Source: Laetmonice hystrix
Taxonomy: Eukaryota
Reading direction: 5' to 3'
NCBI GenBank assembly: GCA_965235115.1
Contig: OZ249436.1
Span: forward strand, 2,916,001-2,980,000
DNA length: 64,000 nucleotides
Below the pieces are notes generated by a model. The model searched no databases and was not told the DNA's origin. It saw nothing but the letters and a program-made list of their open reading frames with translations. Made by a program: the position numbers and the translations under genes. Below are positions 12,839-25,412 of the stretch, piece after piece. Positions within the stretch are counted from its first letter, which is position 1. Every line of letters begins with the position of its first letter.

Positions 12839-14628
12839 CGCAGGTTACATGCAGGTTATAGGTCGAAGCCGGATAAACTGCATGTAGACATGAGGGGTGG
12901 CCGTGGTCTATCTCACTTTGTCATCACGTTGGCAGTCTGAGAAATCAATGGCGAACACCCCTAAATGACGCTGGGTTCGTTAGTCCAGTTGAATATATTT
13001 GGATCTTGGACTCGTCCGAGTGGCCCCGACCGGCCATAGAAAGTCAAGTACCGTGACCGGTGTGACCACCACCTTTTCATGGTGGTGCCAATGATCAACC
13101 TTGACCGCTTTCGGCTTTGAGTTGGAATAAAAATAGCCAATTTCTTGCACGTGGTTTAGCAGCGTCTCTAGTGAGCTGTATCAGAAAAGACGAGTCCGTG
13201 TATATTTTCTCATATATATAATAAATACTTCGATGCATTACGTTTTCAATAATTTAGATAATTTAAAGTATATTATTTATTATGTGCAGTTAGAACCTTC
13301 TAGGTTCCTATATTCGACGCAACTTCAGTGAGAAATGTGTTCTATCAAGCTTACACACCACTGTACAAGTAGTCTGGGAGTCAGGGGGCAGAATCAACAC
13401 AAATTTTCAATACACGCGTACATTTTCAGAAAATTCAAACACGCGTTATGGTTTTGTTTTAGACAACTAAGACATTTTTATTTTGTACAAACGTACTTGC
13501 ACTAAGAATAATAAAGGTGATAAAAAAAAAAGTTTGGTTAGATGCAGACGAGAAGGCAATTCAATCAATTTTTATCAAATTAGCACCTAAGTACTTAAAA
13601 AATCCAACCAGCACTTGCTAAGTTTGCTAAAAAGGTGAGCCTCTGCAGCCCGACCACTTGCTACAATCCGATAACGCCTCGATAGTGATCTTTAGGAAAC
13701 AAAGTCAATTTGGTGCTGAGAGTGGGATAACAAATTCTGCCCTTGACAATCAATAGACCAACCGTCTGGAGGACGTCGGTCCTGAAGGACCAGCAGTCTT
13801 CACACCTCTACGGCTTCAACAGTTACTTCAAACAAACAGCACCAAGGCAGGCATAGGTTGGGGTTTTTTTCAATTAAATTTTTTTTTTCAATTTTTTAAT
13901 TCAAATTCAATTAAAAAACCGCGGCATTATAATGTGAGCTTGTTACTGGCTGCCTGAAGAAAAGATCTTTCTTTGGTTCAAATAACGCTGTTGTTATTTC
14001 AAGTGAGAATTTCGAGATTTGTTTTACTGAATTCCTATTCTTAAAAAATATGTGACCGCCCCCCCCCCCCCCCCCCCCCACCATCCCCTTTAAATCCTGG
14101 ATCCGTGCCTACCATACCGATGATAGGAGTCTCTAAGGGTGCGAGGACGGTAGAGAGAGTCACGTGATTGCAATCCAAATAGACGGGTTTCTGCTACAAT
14201 TCTTTATGTGTTCTTTGACCTGGATAACCCGGATGTTGTTAGAAACGTGCGCACCAACACGGCCGTGCCCCTTCCTGTCACATGACGCATCCATTCAATA
14301 TGTCAATGATAGCGAACGCTTGCACTCAGGGGGATGTCCGCGCTACGGGCAGATAAAGGAGGAACCCCATGGCATCCTGTATCAGGAAGTCATCGCGAGG
14401 ACATACTGCCAAGTGACTGTCAACTTAACCTTTAGCGATCACAAGGCGTAGCAATAAAAGTCACTTTACCCTTGGCGGACTTTCATTCCTAAATATCTAC
14501 ACTGCTTCACAGCATGACTCGGAAATCAACCGAGACACAACTATTTTTTTCTTTTCTCCACAATTAGCTACTATATAAAGGACAAGGAATTTTGGAGTCT
14601 TTAGAATAGAGTTTACGTGTTTAAAAAT

Positions 14629-15700
14629 TACCCCAGTACCCCAGTAAGAAGTGTACCTTTAACGGTAATATCCCGGTGAGATTGTGAGACAGGTCGTTAC
14701 CCCAGTAAGAAGTGTACCTTTAACGGTAATATCCTGGTGAGATTGTGAGACAGGTCGTTACCCCAGTAAGAAGTGTACCTTTAACGGTAATATCCCGGTG
14801 AGATCAAGAATTTGGTGAGATTGTGAGACAGGTCGTTACTTCAGTAAGAAGTGTACCACCTGGAACGGTAATATCCTGGTGAGATTGTGAGACAGGTCGT
14901 TACTTCAGAAAGAAGTGTACCTTTAACGGTAATATCCTGGTGAGATTCTGAGACAGGTCATTACCCCAGTAAGAAGTGTACCTTTAACGGTAATATCCTG
15001 GTGAGATTGTGAGACAGGTCGTTACCCCAGTAAGAAGTGTACCTTTAACGGTAATATCCCGGTGAGATTCTGAGACAGGTCGTTACCCCAGTAAGAAGTG
15101 TACCTTTAACGGTAATATCCTGGTGAGATTCTGAGACAGGTCATTACCCCAGTAAGAAGTGTACCTTTAACGGTAATATCCTGGTGAGATTGTGAGACAG
15201 GTTGTTACCCCAGTAAGAAGTGTACCTTTAACGGTAATATCCCGGTGAGATCAAGAATTTGGTGAGATTGTGAGACAGGTCGTTACTTCAGTAAGAAGCG
15301 TACCACCTGGAACGGTAATATCCTGGTGAGATTGTGAGACAGGTCATTGCCCCAGTAAGAAGTGTACCTTTAACGGTAATATCCCGGTGAGATTCTGAGA
15401 CAGGTCGTTACCCCAGTAAGAAGTGTACCTTTAACGGTAATATCCCGGTGAGATTCTGAGACAGGTCGTTACCCCAGTAAGAAGTGTACCTTTAACGGTA
15501 ATATTCTGGTGAGATTCTGAGACAGGTCGTTACCCCAGTAAGAAGTGTACCTTTAACGGTAATATCCCGGTGAGATTCTGAGACAGGTCGTTACCCCAGT
15601 AAGAAGTGTACCTTTAACGGTAATATCCCGGTGAGATTCTGAGACAGGTCGTTACCCCAGTAAGAAGTGTACCTTTAACGGTAATATCCCGGTGAGATTG
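14629..15700. repeat. Minisatellite, 61-bp unit
   Basis: ccccagtaagaagtgtacctttaacggtaatatcccggtgagattctgagacaggtcgtta repeated. Confidence 0.97.
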
Positions 15701-16889
15701 TTCGGGCATGGAACCCTCACAAGTGATACCGGTGACACGTCAATCACCGGTTGTGTTTCCTGTCTCCGGTCTATGGCGGCCGCTCAAGACGCAGGAAATC
15801 ATTGGGCAGACGACACCTGACGGGTTGAGACGCGCGTCCTGACCTCAGACCGGGCATTCTGACCTTGGGTGATCGATGTAGGTCTCCCCGGACGGCTGGG
15901 GCGAGTAGGAATCAGTTCGAGTTAATTGATGACGTCAAAGGTTAACTAACGGAGATCTCATTGAACGAGTACTTTCACATTTTGTCAACTGGCAGGGGGT
16001 AGGGCTGCCCCCCCCCCTAAAAAAAAAGAGAATCACAGATAAATAATCATACAACCGTCCCTCAGTCAGAATTTCAAGAGGGGGAGGGGGTGCACATCCG
16101 TAGTTTGTATACAGGCAAAGCCTGGCATGCGATGCACTCAGTAACTATATCGAAAATCCGAAGGGGGGGGCGAACCACCTACACCCACCCCACCTCACCC
16201 AATCCGCCACTGCCTCTCAATTTGACAACGTAGAGCCACTGACAGGTCATTGTCAGTGTCAGTGATCGTTTTTTCAAGTTCCACTCAAACGCTGTATCTC
16301 TAGGAGTCTTTGACGCTTCTCAATGACAACATCTACGATGGCTGCCTAAGGACACGGCCGAGGTCACAAGGACGCTCTGCAAGGGGTCAAGGCTGTGTCG
16401 GTAGACAGTGGTTAAAACACTGTAACTAGGTGTCACCTTTGTTGGTAGAGGAGAGTCCTCGTCCTCGGAGACACAAACACTCGTCTACATTAGATCCGCC
16501 ATAGAAACATCTCCATTTAGAGTTACAAAGTTCGGATTTGTTCTAGCGTTTCCTGTCAATTTGTCAGGATCAATTTCAATCTCAAATTTTCCCGTCAGGA
16601 CATGATCTCGCCAGTTACATCCAATTACCATCGGTCCATAATGATACACGATTCCTGCTGACATTATACAGTGAGGGCGCCATCTATCGGTGAAACCTGA
16701 CACCTTTAGTTCGCCTACATTCACGGATTCTGAGTACATACCTCCCCGCCTCTCGGCTCTATGATAATTTATTGTGTGCAAACGGAGTACGAGGTTCGCA
16801 GGTTCTAACAGTACTTCCAACTACTGCTGGAGACATAGCAAACTGTTACATTAATCTCTCTTTTTTTTGTGGAAGTAAGAAATAGAATG

Positions 16890-18743
16890 AACTAGAAATT
16901 GTTCAGTCCGAACAGGACGTCTCCCCTTTTTTAAAGTAATGACATCATATAATTTTTGAGAGAGGACTAATTAGTATGAAAGTAGTGTGTTGCAAAAGCA
17001 ATGATATAGCTATGGCAGATTTTCTATGCGAAAGAAAAGATTAACTAGTTGCGAGGTGCCCAGGGCACAGGTATCCCATTCACCAGTCAATGGTGTTAAA
17101 ATCGGAAATTAGGTCAACTTGGCCGCCATCTTGGATTTTTCAAATTCTGTTCAAATGGGTCAAGTTTTCCATCCTAACCCCAATGGTGAAAACCAGACGT
17201 TGATATCTTTAACCGTTTTAGAGATATCACTGATTTTGGGTTGAAAATGACCTAAAAGGGCCAACTTTGAAGAGCCATAATTTGGAAACTATTGATTTTA
17301 GGGGAGCCATCTCGGTGTCAGAGACAGCTGACCCATTACCCAATCCAATGGTTTTAAAATCGGAAATTAGGTCAACTTGGCCGCCATCTTGGATTTTTCA
17401 AATTCAGTTTAAATGGGTCAAGTTTTCCATCCTAACCCCAATGGTGAAAACCAGACGTTGATATCTTTAACCGTTTTAGAGATATCACTGATTTTTGGTT
17501 GAAAATGACCTAAAAGGGCCAACTTTGAAGAGCCATAACTTGGAAACTATTGATTTTAGGGGAGCCATCTCGGTGTCAGAGACAGCTGACCTATTACCCA
17601 ATCCAATGGTGTTAAAATCGGAAATTAGGTCAACTTGGCCGCCATCTTGGATTTTTCAAATTCAGGGAAAATGGCTCAAGGTTTTCATCCCAAACCCAAT
17701 GGTCAAAACCAGACATTGATATCTTTAACCGTTTTCGAGGTATCACTGATGTTTGGTTGAAAATAACCTAAAAGGGCAAACTTTGAGGGGCCATAAGATG
17801 GAAACTATCGAATTTAGGGGAGCCATCTCGGTGTCAGAGATAGTGGACCTATTACCCAATCCAATGGTGCTGAAATTGGAAATTAGGTCAACTTGGCCGC
17901 CATCTTGGATTTTTCAAATTCGCTGAGGATGGGTCAAGTTTTTTATGCTAAACCCAAAGGTGAAACCCAGACATTGATATCTTTAACCGTTTTCGAGATA
18001 TCACTGATCTTTGGTTGAAAATTACCTAAAAAGGGTCATTAAGCCAGATGGGGTCACGTGACAGCATTTAAATTGACGTAAATTGAAAACTCATATATGA
18101 TTTTCCATATGAGTTTAATAGGAACCATGGCCCCATCTGGCTCTGTTTCTAAGTTACAGCCATCTTAAAATACCAATGACGTCATAGGGCAACGTAGGGT
18201 CACGTGACCTAACTAAAAATGGTGTCATTTGAAAGGCCATATATGACTTCCTATGGGTATCACTAGTACGTATGGGCCTATCTGGCTCTTTTTCCAAGTT
18301 ACTGCCAGCTGAAAACACTGATGACGTCATACAGCCATATATGGTCACATGACCTAATTAAAAATGGTGTCATTTGAAAGGCCATATATGACTTCCTATT
18401 TGTCTACAATAGTAACTATGGGCCTGAATGACGTGCCATTTTTTTTAGATCAGCCGCCATCTTGAAAGTTCTGGGTCAACCAAACTGGTTTTCGAACTTG
18501 TCCAAGCCCCGGATGAAAGAAGGCCGACATACCAATTTTGGATCGATTCAGGCTATTTTTCTCGCGTTATCGTGATCACAGCACAAGTTGGCACATTCGT
18601 GCCACAGAAGAGGTCAAAGGTCAAATGGCACTATAAGTAGAAACAAAGATTTTTCAGAAGGTTCTGTCGGGCCATTTCAAATTTGATAACTCCCTCTCTA
18701 ACAGTGGCCGAGTTATTCCAAAAAGAAGAAAATAAAAGAAACA

Positions 18744-18818
<75 letters not shown>

Positions 18819-18874
18819 CGGTCAGAAACAGCGTGCAAAACAAAACGTCTCCCCCAGCTGGGGGGAGACGTAAA
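16890..18874 (-). mobile_element. Non-autonomous Helentron-associated (HINE/DINE/Pearl-like) element
   Basis: Palindrome acgtctccccc-agct-gggggagacgt at 18845-18870, (GAAA)n microsatellite, about 258-bp internal repeats with ggccgccatcttg, matching subterminal acgtctcccc at 16917-16926, short hairpin and CTAG-TT end. Confidence 0.8.
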
Positions 18875-18908
18875 TACACGTGTTTCCTATCTAAATCCGA
18901 CATGCAGA

Positions 18909-20330
18909 GGAACAAAATCCATACCGCCATGTCACACTACATGTCACTTTACCGCGGTAATTTGGATAACAAAATCCATACCGCTATTTCACACTACATG
19001 TCACTTTACCGCGGTAATTTGGATAACAAAATCCATACCGCCATTTCACACTACATGTCACAAGGATTACAAGCAAAGCCAGATGGTCATGTATATTATA
19101 TGGCATCTCTCATGTCCTGAGAGCAAGATTGGAGAATCTCAGGAGTGTTTTAATATGTTTGGGCTCCCAAAACGTGATGTCTGTGGCGTAGGAAGGGAAC
19201 GAGGGGGGCCATGCCCCCTAATACAAAACAGGGGGCCAGAGTATGTGTTGGGTCCCCCAATATTAAGCTCTTCAGCAGACTAATAAAGGGTGCACTTTCA
19301 TACTTTTTTCTAAACGTAATACTACTTGGAGTAATGTAAGAAGATTCCTATCCTGTTTTAGTCTGTTTGTTTTGATCACCATTTTTTGCTTACCTGACCC
19401 CCCCCCCCCCCCCACCACCACACCCCACACCCCCACCCCCACCCCCACCCTCGAACTGAAGATATCTTCCTACGCCTCTGGATGTAAACCTCTGTTGAAT
19501 GTGAAGGACAGTATTACTACTTACATCAGAGACTAAGCACACTCACGTTCTATGAATAAAACAACCAATAGATACTGCGGCGGTATTTTTAGCCTGAAAT
19601 CTCGTTTGGTCTCGTCTTTCAAATAACACGGTGTTCCCTTGGTTACCGTGATCTTGTAACGATATTCTCGACCAGTGTCAAACCATCTACATATATAGAT
19701 CAAACAGAGGCGGGGCAGACGACACACTGGAAACCTAGGGTGAGTATTTACAGGACTGACATGGCCAGACGACACACTGGAAACCTCGGGCGAGTATTTA
19801 CAGGACTGACATGGCCACACGACACACTGGAAACCTCGGGCGAGTATTTACAGGGCTGACATACGTGGGTGGAGGTACTAAGACTCTCTATGACAAAGGT
19901 TTGCTGTATGATTGCCCGACCTCTGCTGACACGCTGGTCGTACGGACCGCAGGAGACGGAGTCAATAACCCCAGCTGCTCCCACAGTCCCCACCCGCAGT
20001 GTCCATGCTCTTCAGTGCACCCTCGGGAAACAACCGGAGTGATACAGTTCAGTTTTTTCCGTTTGTTTGGTCGTTTATATCATCATGGAGACCTTCACAT
20101 TCAATCCAATAGCTCTCCTAAAAATAATAACAGTGTTCAATGCCAGCAACATGGCATCCTAATGCTGTCGGGTACATTTGTACATTTGTACATTTGTACA
20201 CTTTCGTAAGGCCAGCAACATGCCATCCTAATGCTGTCGGGTACATTTGTACATTTGTACACTTTCGTAAGGCCAGCAACATGCCATCCTAATGCTGTCG
20301 GGTACATTTGTACATTTGTACATTTGTACG
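18909..20330. repeat. Three separate short three-copy tandem duplications (57 bp at 18.9 kb, 50 bp at 19.7 kb, about 60-70 bp at 20.1 kb)
   Basis: aacaaaatccataccg x3; gacacactggaaacct x3; gccagcaacatg...gggtacatttgtacatttg x3. Confidence 0.85.
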
Positions 20331-21957
20331 AGCACTGATTTCCTAAATCAATCTGACCTGATAATATAAGCAATGTCAAAAATAAGTGCAGGGTTACAGA
20401 GGGGGGGGGGGGGTAAATCCCCTGCATAACTTGGACAAGGGGGGATATCCTCCCCCATCAACCCGCAGAGCAACCCTTTTTTTAAATGGCAAATTTTAGC
20501 ACTAAACTGGATATTTTCATGAGAGAAAATGCTCAGTTTACCGGATAGCTAATACAATAGCTATTTATCCAGCAGTTTTGGCTTAGGGAACAGCATCCAG
20601 CCAATTAGGGAGAACTTACTACGTGAATCTCACGCCGATTTTCTATGTATCACGCATAAAAATGATGGAATTTCGTTGATAGATTTGGGAGAGATTTTTG
20701 CTCTGAGATGCTCAGAAAACGCGTTTCCGGCATTCCTGAGAAAAATTTCAGCCCCCCGGGCCCTCCTACGGCGGTCATGGACTACCCCCCCCCCCTCCAA
20801 TCAATTATTTTCTCGGAAACCCTTAAGTGTACACATAACACTAAAACAAATTTTGTTCTTCTTCTTTCAGTATGACTTGATGACGACATTCATTGCCACA
20901 GACAGTTGATGGGTGTCACGACAGACAAAGTTCAAACTACACGTGTATGTGGGCACTTGCCTGCCCTCATGAATAACTGTCTCCAAACAAAAGAAAACTA
21001 CTGTTCTTGACAATCGATACCACTCCTTGTCACTGCAGGCCGCAGCCTTTTGTTTAGTGTATGTCAGGTAAAACTCAGAACACGTACATGTTGAATGTCA
21101 TCAGACTCTTCAACCACATCATGATCTTCTGGGGTACAAATGTCGGAAAAACAACTGATCACAGTTCTGGCCAACCATTGTTGTCTCAAGTCAGGATATT
21201 ACATCAATACTGTCTTGTTTTTAAACTTTAAAAGCATATCGACCCATCAATCTGTTCCATACAGCCGCTGTGAACATCAGTTAATATAATAATCGAACTG
21301 GGCCAACCAATTCCGAACCAATTATGTATGATGTCATCGTGTATTCCAATTCTTATACTGCTGTTCATATTCACTTTAGATTACTCATGATATTGCGGGA
21401 TACTAGTAGATGAAATGTACTATAGTAATGCTTGTCGGCCAAAACCCTGGATGTATCGGAAGATCGTTACTGCAACGAGATAATCCAATAAAAAAATTTA
21501 AAAAAAATAAAAAAAATATTCACTATAAACATGCTGCAATTTGAGTATACACTGCATGACATCATGTAATTTGTAGTAACAACCTGTAATATTCACAAAT
21601 CACGCTCTCACTCACATAATGCATGTGCACTCCACTTCTACCTGGTAAAAAAAGATTAAACAGCGGGTGAATTCAGCCAGATCAATCCAATGCCATGTCC
21701 TTTCTGATCAATCAAAAATTCCATCATTTCATGACAAGCCACGTTTCTATAGAAGCGCTGCGGAACGTTGTCATAACTCCCCTAGAAGTGGAGAATTCAT
21801 TGCTCTCCTCCGTCATTACACCGCTCCGTCGTCAGTCTCTGAGACTGGGAGCCGCTACATTACACCTGTCCACCTCACGGATTACAATACAGTCGTGAAC
21901 CCAGCCTCAACCCCGGGCCTCGCCAGACGACATACTGTCAGAACAACGTCAGAGTGC

Positions 21958-23350
21958 ACCTGTCTGTGGGTCACAGTCTCCGTGTGAGCGGCCTGTCTGT
22001 GGGTCACAGTCTCTGTCTGTGGGTCACAGTCTCTGTCTGTGGGTCACAGTCTCCGTGTGAGCGGCCTGTCTGTGGGTCACAGTCTCCATGTGAGCGGCAG
22101 AAACCTGTCTGTGGGTCACAGTCTCCGTGTGAGCGGCCTGTCTGTGGGTCACAGTCTCCGTGTGAGCGGCAGAAACATGTCTGTGGGTCACAGTCTCCGT
22201 GTGAGCGGCAGAAACCTGTCTGTGGGTCACAGTCTCCATGTGAGCGGAAGAAACCTGTCTGTGGGTCACAGTCTCTGTCTGTGGGTCACAGTCTCCGTGT
22301 GAGCGGCAGAAACCTGTCTGTGGGTCACAGTCTCCGTGTGAGCGGCCTATCTGTGGGTCACAGTCTCCGTGTGAGCGGCCTGTCTGTGGGTCACAGTCTC
22401 CGTGTGAGCGGCCTGTCTGTGGGTCACAGTCTCCGTGTGAGCGGCAGAAACATGTCTGTGGGTCACAGTCTCTGTCTGTGGGTCACAGTCTCCGTGTGCG
22501 CGACAGAAACCTGTCTGTGGGTCACAGTCTCCATGTGAGCGGCAGAAACCTGTCTGTGGGTCACAGTCTCCGTGTAAGCGGCCTGTCTGTGGGTCACAGT
22601 CTCCGTGTGAGCGGCAGAAACATGTCTGTGGGTCACAGTCTCCGTGTGAGCGGCAGAAACCTGTCTGTGGGTCACAGTCTCCATGTGAGCGGAAGAAACC
22701 TGTCTGTGGGTCACAGTCTCTGTCTGTGGGTCACAGTCTCCGTGTGAGCGGCAGAAACCTGTCTGTGGGTCACAGTCTCCGTGTGAGCGGCCTATCTGTG
22801 GGTCACAGTCTCCGTGTGAGCGGCCTGTCTGTAGGTCACAGTCTCCGTGTGAGCGGCCTGTCTGTGGGTCACAGTCTCCGTGTGAGCGGCAGAAACCTGT
22901 CTGTGGGTCACAGTCTCCATGTGAGCGGCAGAAACCTGTCTGTGGGTCACAGTCTCTGTCTGTGGGTCACAGTCTCCGTGTGAGCGGCAGAAACCTGTCT
23001 GTGGATCACAGTCTCCGTGTGAGCGACAGAAACCTGTCTGTGGGTCACAGTCTCTGTCTGTGGGTCACAGTCTCTGTGTGAGCGGCAGAAACCTGTCTGT
23101 GGGTCACAGTCTCCGTGTGAGCGGCAGAAACCTGTCTGTGGGTGACAGTCTCCGTGTGAGCGGCAGACACCTGTCTGTGGGTCACAGTCTCCGTGTGAGC
23201 GGCCTATCTGTGGGTCACAGTCTCTGTGTGAGCGGCCTGTCTGTGGGTCACAGTCTCTGTCTGTGGGTCACAGTCTCCGTGTGAGCGGCCTGTCTGTGGG
23301 TCACAGTCTCTGTCTGTGGGTCACAGTCTCTGTGTGAGCGGCAGAAACCA
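21958..23350. repeat. Variable-unit minisatellite built on ctgtctgtgggtcacagtctc
   Basis: Units of differing length with or without cgtgtgagcggc and agaaac. Confidence 0.97.
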
Positions 23351-23580
23351 TGTTTATTTATTACTCCGACATAATGGATAACGACAGTCAAGCAAGCAGT
23401 CAGCTTCCCTGGAGGATAATGCCACCAATTTAACACAGGTCTCTTACTGGCCGAGACCGCCTCAGTCAAGAAGAGTAATGGACCACTACTGGCTTTTATC
23501 CAGGAATCAGACCGGACTAAAGCACTGGTAACGGAGGGCTGTTTGAAGGAGCCCGGGTAGGGGACATGATCCGCAAGGTC

Positions 23581-23988
23581 GAGGGGTAATGACCATGGGT
23601 CTCCAGGACAAAGTGAACGCTGAGAGGGGTAATGACCATGGGCCTCCAGGACAAAGTGAACGCTGAGAGGGGTAATGACCATGGGCCTCCAGGACAAAGT
23701 GAACGCTGAGAGGGGTAATGACCATGGGCCTCCAGGACAAAGTGAACGCTGAGAGGGGTAATGACCATGGGTCTCCAGGGCAGAGGGAACCGGCCTCACG
23801 GGATGATGTGGAGGGAAAGTGAACGCTGAGAGGGGTAATGACCATGGGTCTCCAGGACAAAGTGAACGCTGAGAGGGGTAATGACCATGGGTCTCCAGGG
23901 CAGAGGGAACCGGCCTCACGGGATGATGTGGAGGGAAAGTGAACGCTGAGAGGGGTAATGACCATGGGTCTCCAGGACAAAGTGAACA
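23581..23988. repeat. Minisatellite, 43-bp unit with longer variants
   Basis: gaggggtaatgaccatgggtctccaggacaaagtgaacgctga repeated. Confidence 0.95.
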
Positions 23989-25412
23989 CTGGTCTGATGC
24001 CTACGGAATTGGAAAGGGCCACAAGACTGGTCTGATGCCCTAAGGAATCGAAAAGGGCCATAAGACCTCAGGGAAGGGGAAGGGTACAAAGGAGGACGGT
24101 CCACGGGACCGCAGGGGAATGACGAGTTTCTCCTGAGCTCAGTGGTCACACATACCCACCGGTATAAACTACACGTACATGTGGAAGTGACCAGCACCCC
24201 TGTTTGCTTGATAAAGTACCAATTAATGGGACAGACTGGGGCATGGACCCTTAGATGGCCTCTAGTGTCAGTGACCGTCGTGGGAGACGCTACAGTGAGT
24301 GCAGTTCATGGGAATCACGCTAGAGCGTGACACTGGGACAGAGGCAACACACCACACTTCAAGTATCAAATATCAAGTCGAAAATTGCTGATGCTCAGGG
24401 CTTAAAATAAACCCTAATACTCAGATTAACGATGCTGATTCCGGTTGAGCTCTTACGACCTGTCAGTTGTGTTTCTCTTTCGGTAACATTGGTTCCATAA
24501 AGGACCGTATTCTCTAAGGCGATTCTGGAAATGTTTTATTATATTCATTTCTGAAAGATTAGAATATAATATTCTTATTACTGGTAAATTACGAGAGTAC
24601 ACAGCTCGGGGCTGTTGTGCCCAGTGCTGCTCGTCACGGCCGAGTGGTTTCATGAGTTGTATTTGCTATTTCCGGGGAGTGACTTGGTCACCGCTAAGCA
24701 AACACCTGGGTTTCTTTTAATTTATGTGTATTATTGAGAGGGCATTGGCATAAGTTGCCTCTCCTTTCATTAAGGGAGCTTCGTATTAGGGCGGAGGAGG
24801 CTCACCTAAGATGAACCTTGTGTTGTGTTGTGTTGAGGATGTTATAACACCAGTATAAGGTTACAATAATTTCATACTGCCGTACGTGTTTCTATTTCTG
24901 ACCACTATGGCCAGCCATACATTGTGTGCCGCCGACTGTCCGTAACCAGATATAGCGTCGCCTGTCAACATCAGATCAGCGCGGCCACACGAACTGTACC
25001 ACCGTTTCTAACAATGACAAACACGTAATATCCTTTTACCTGAAGCTTTTCTAACCAACATCAGTAACTTACTGAATCACGCAATCATACAGGACCCCTA
25101 CCTCTGGTACCCCCTCCGTCTGGTCCCTCCTTCCCCTCCCTCCATCTGGTCCCTCCCTCCCTTCCCTTCCCTCCCTCTGGTCCCTCCCTCCCTCCCTTCC
25201 CCTCCCTCCCTCTGGTCCCTCCCTCCCTCCACCCAGGCGCTCCCTTTAAGCGTTCTTCGCACCAAACCATGTTTTGTAACGACATCGGATTTTTAATTAG
25301 GCTTTCGAATTCCGTGCACCGCCACCAAAGTGCAATGGACTTGCCTGGTTACATGGTAACTGAATCATTCATTAAAACCGTTTCTGGCTTGCTGTCATCC
25401 TATCCTTCCCCG

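Noticed and set aside
16485..16820. 111-aa minus-strand ORF after a possible acceptor
   Set aside because: No recognisable homology or partner exons; could be chance. BLASTp or RNA-seq would be needed.
23600..23990. VHFV translation resembling the Lon C-terminus
   Set aside because: Lies in a 43-bp array and the surrounding residues do not match Lon.
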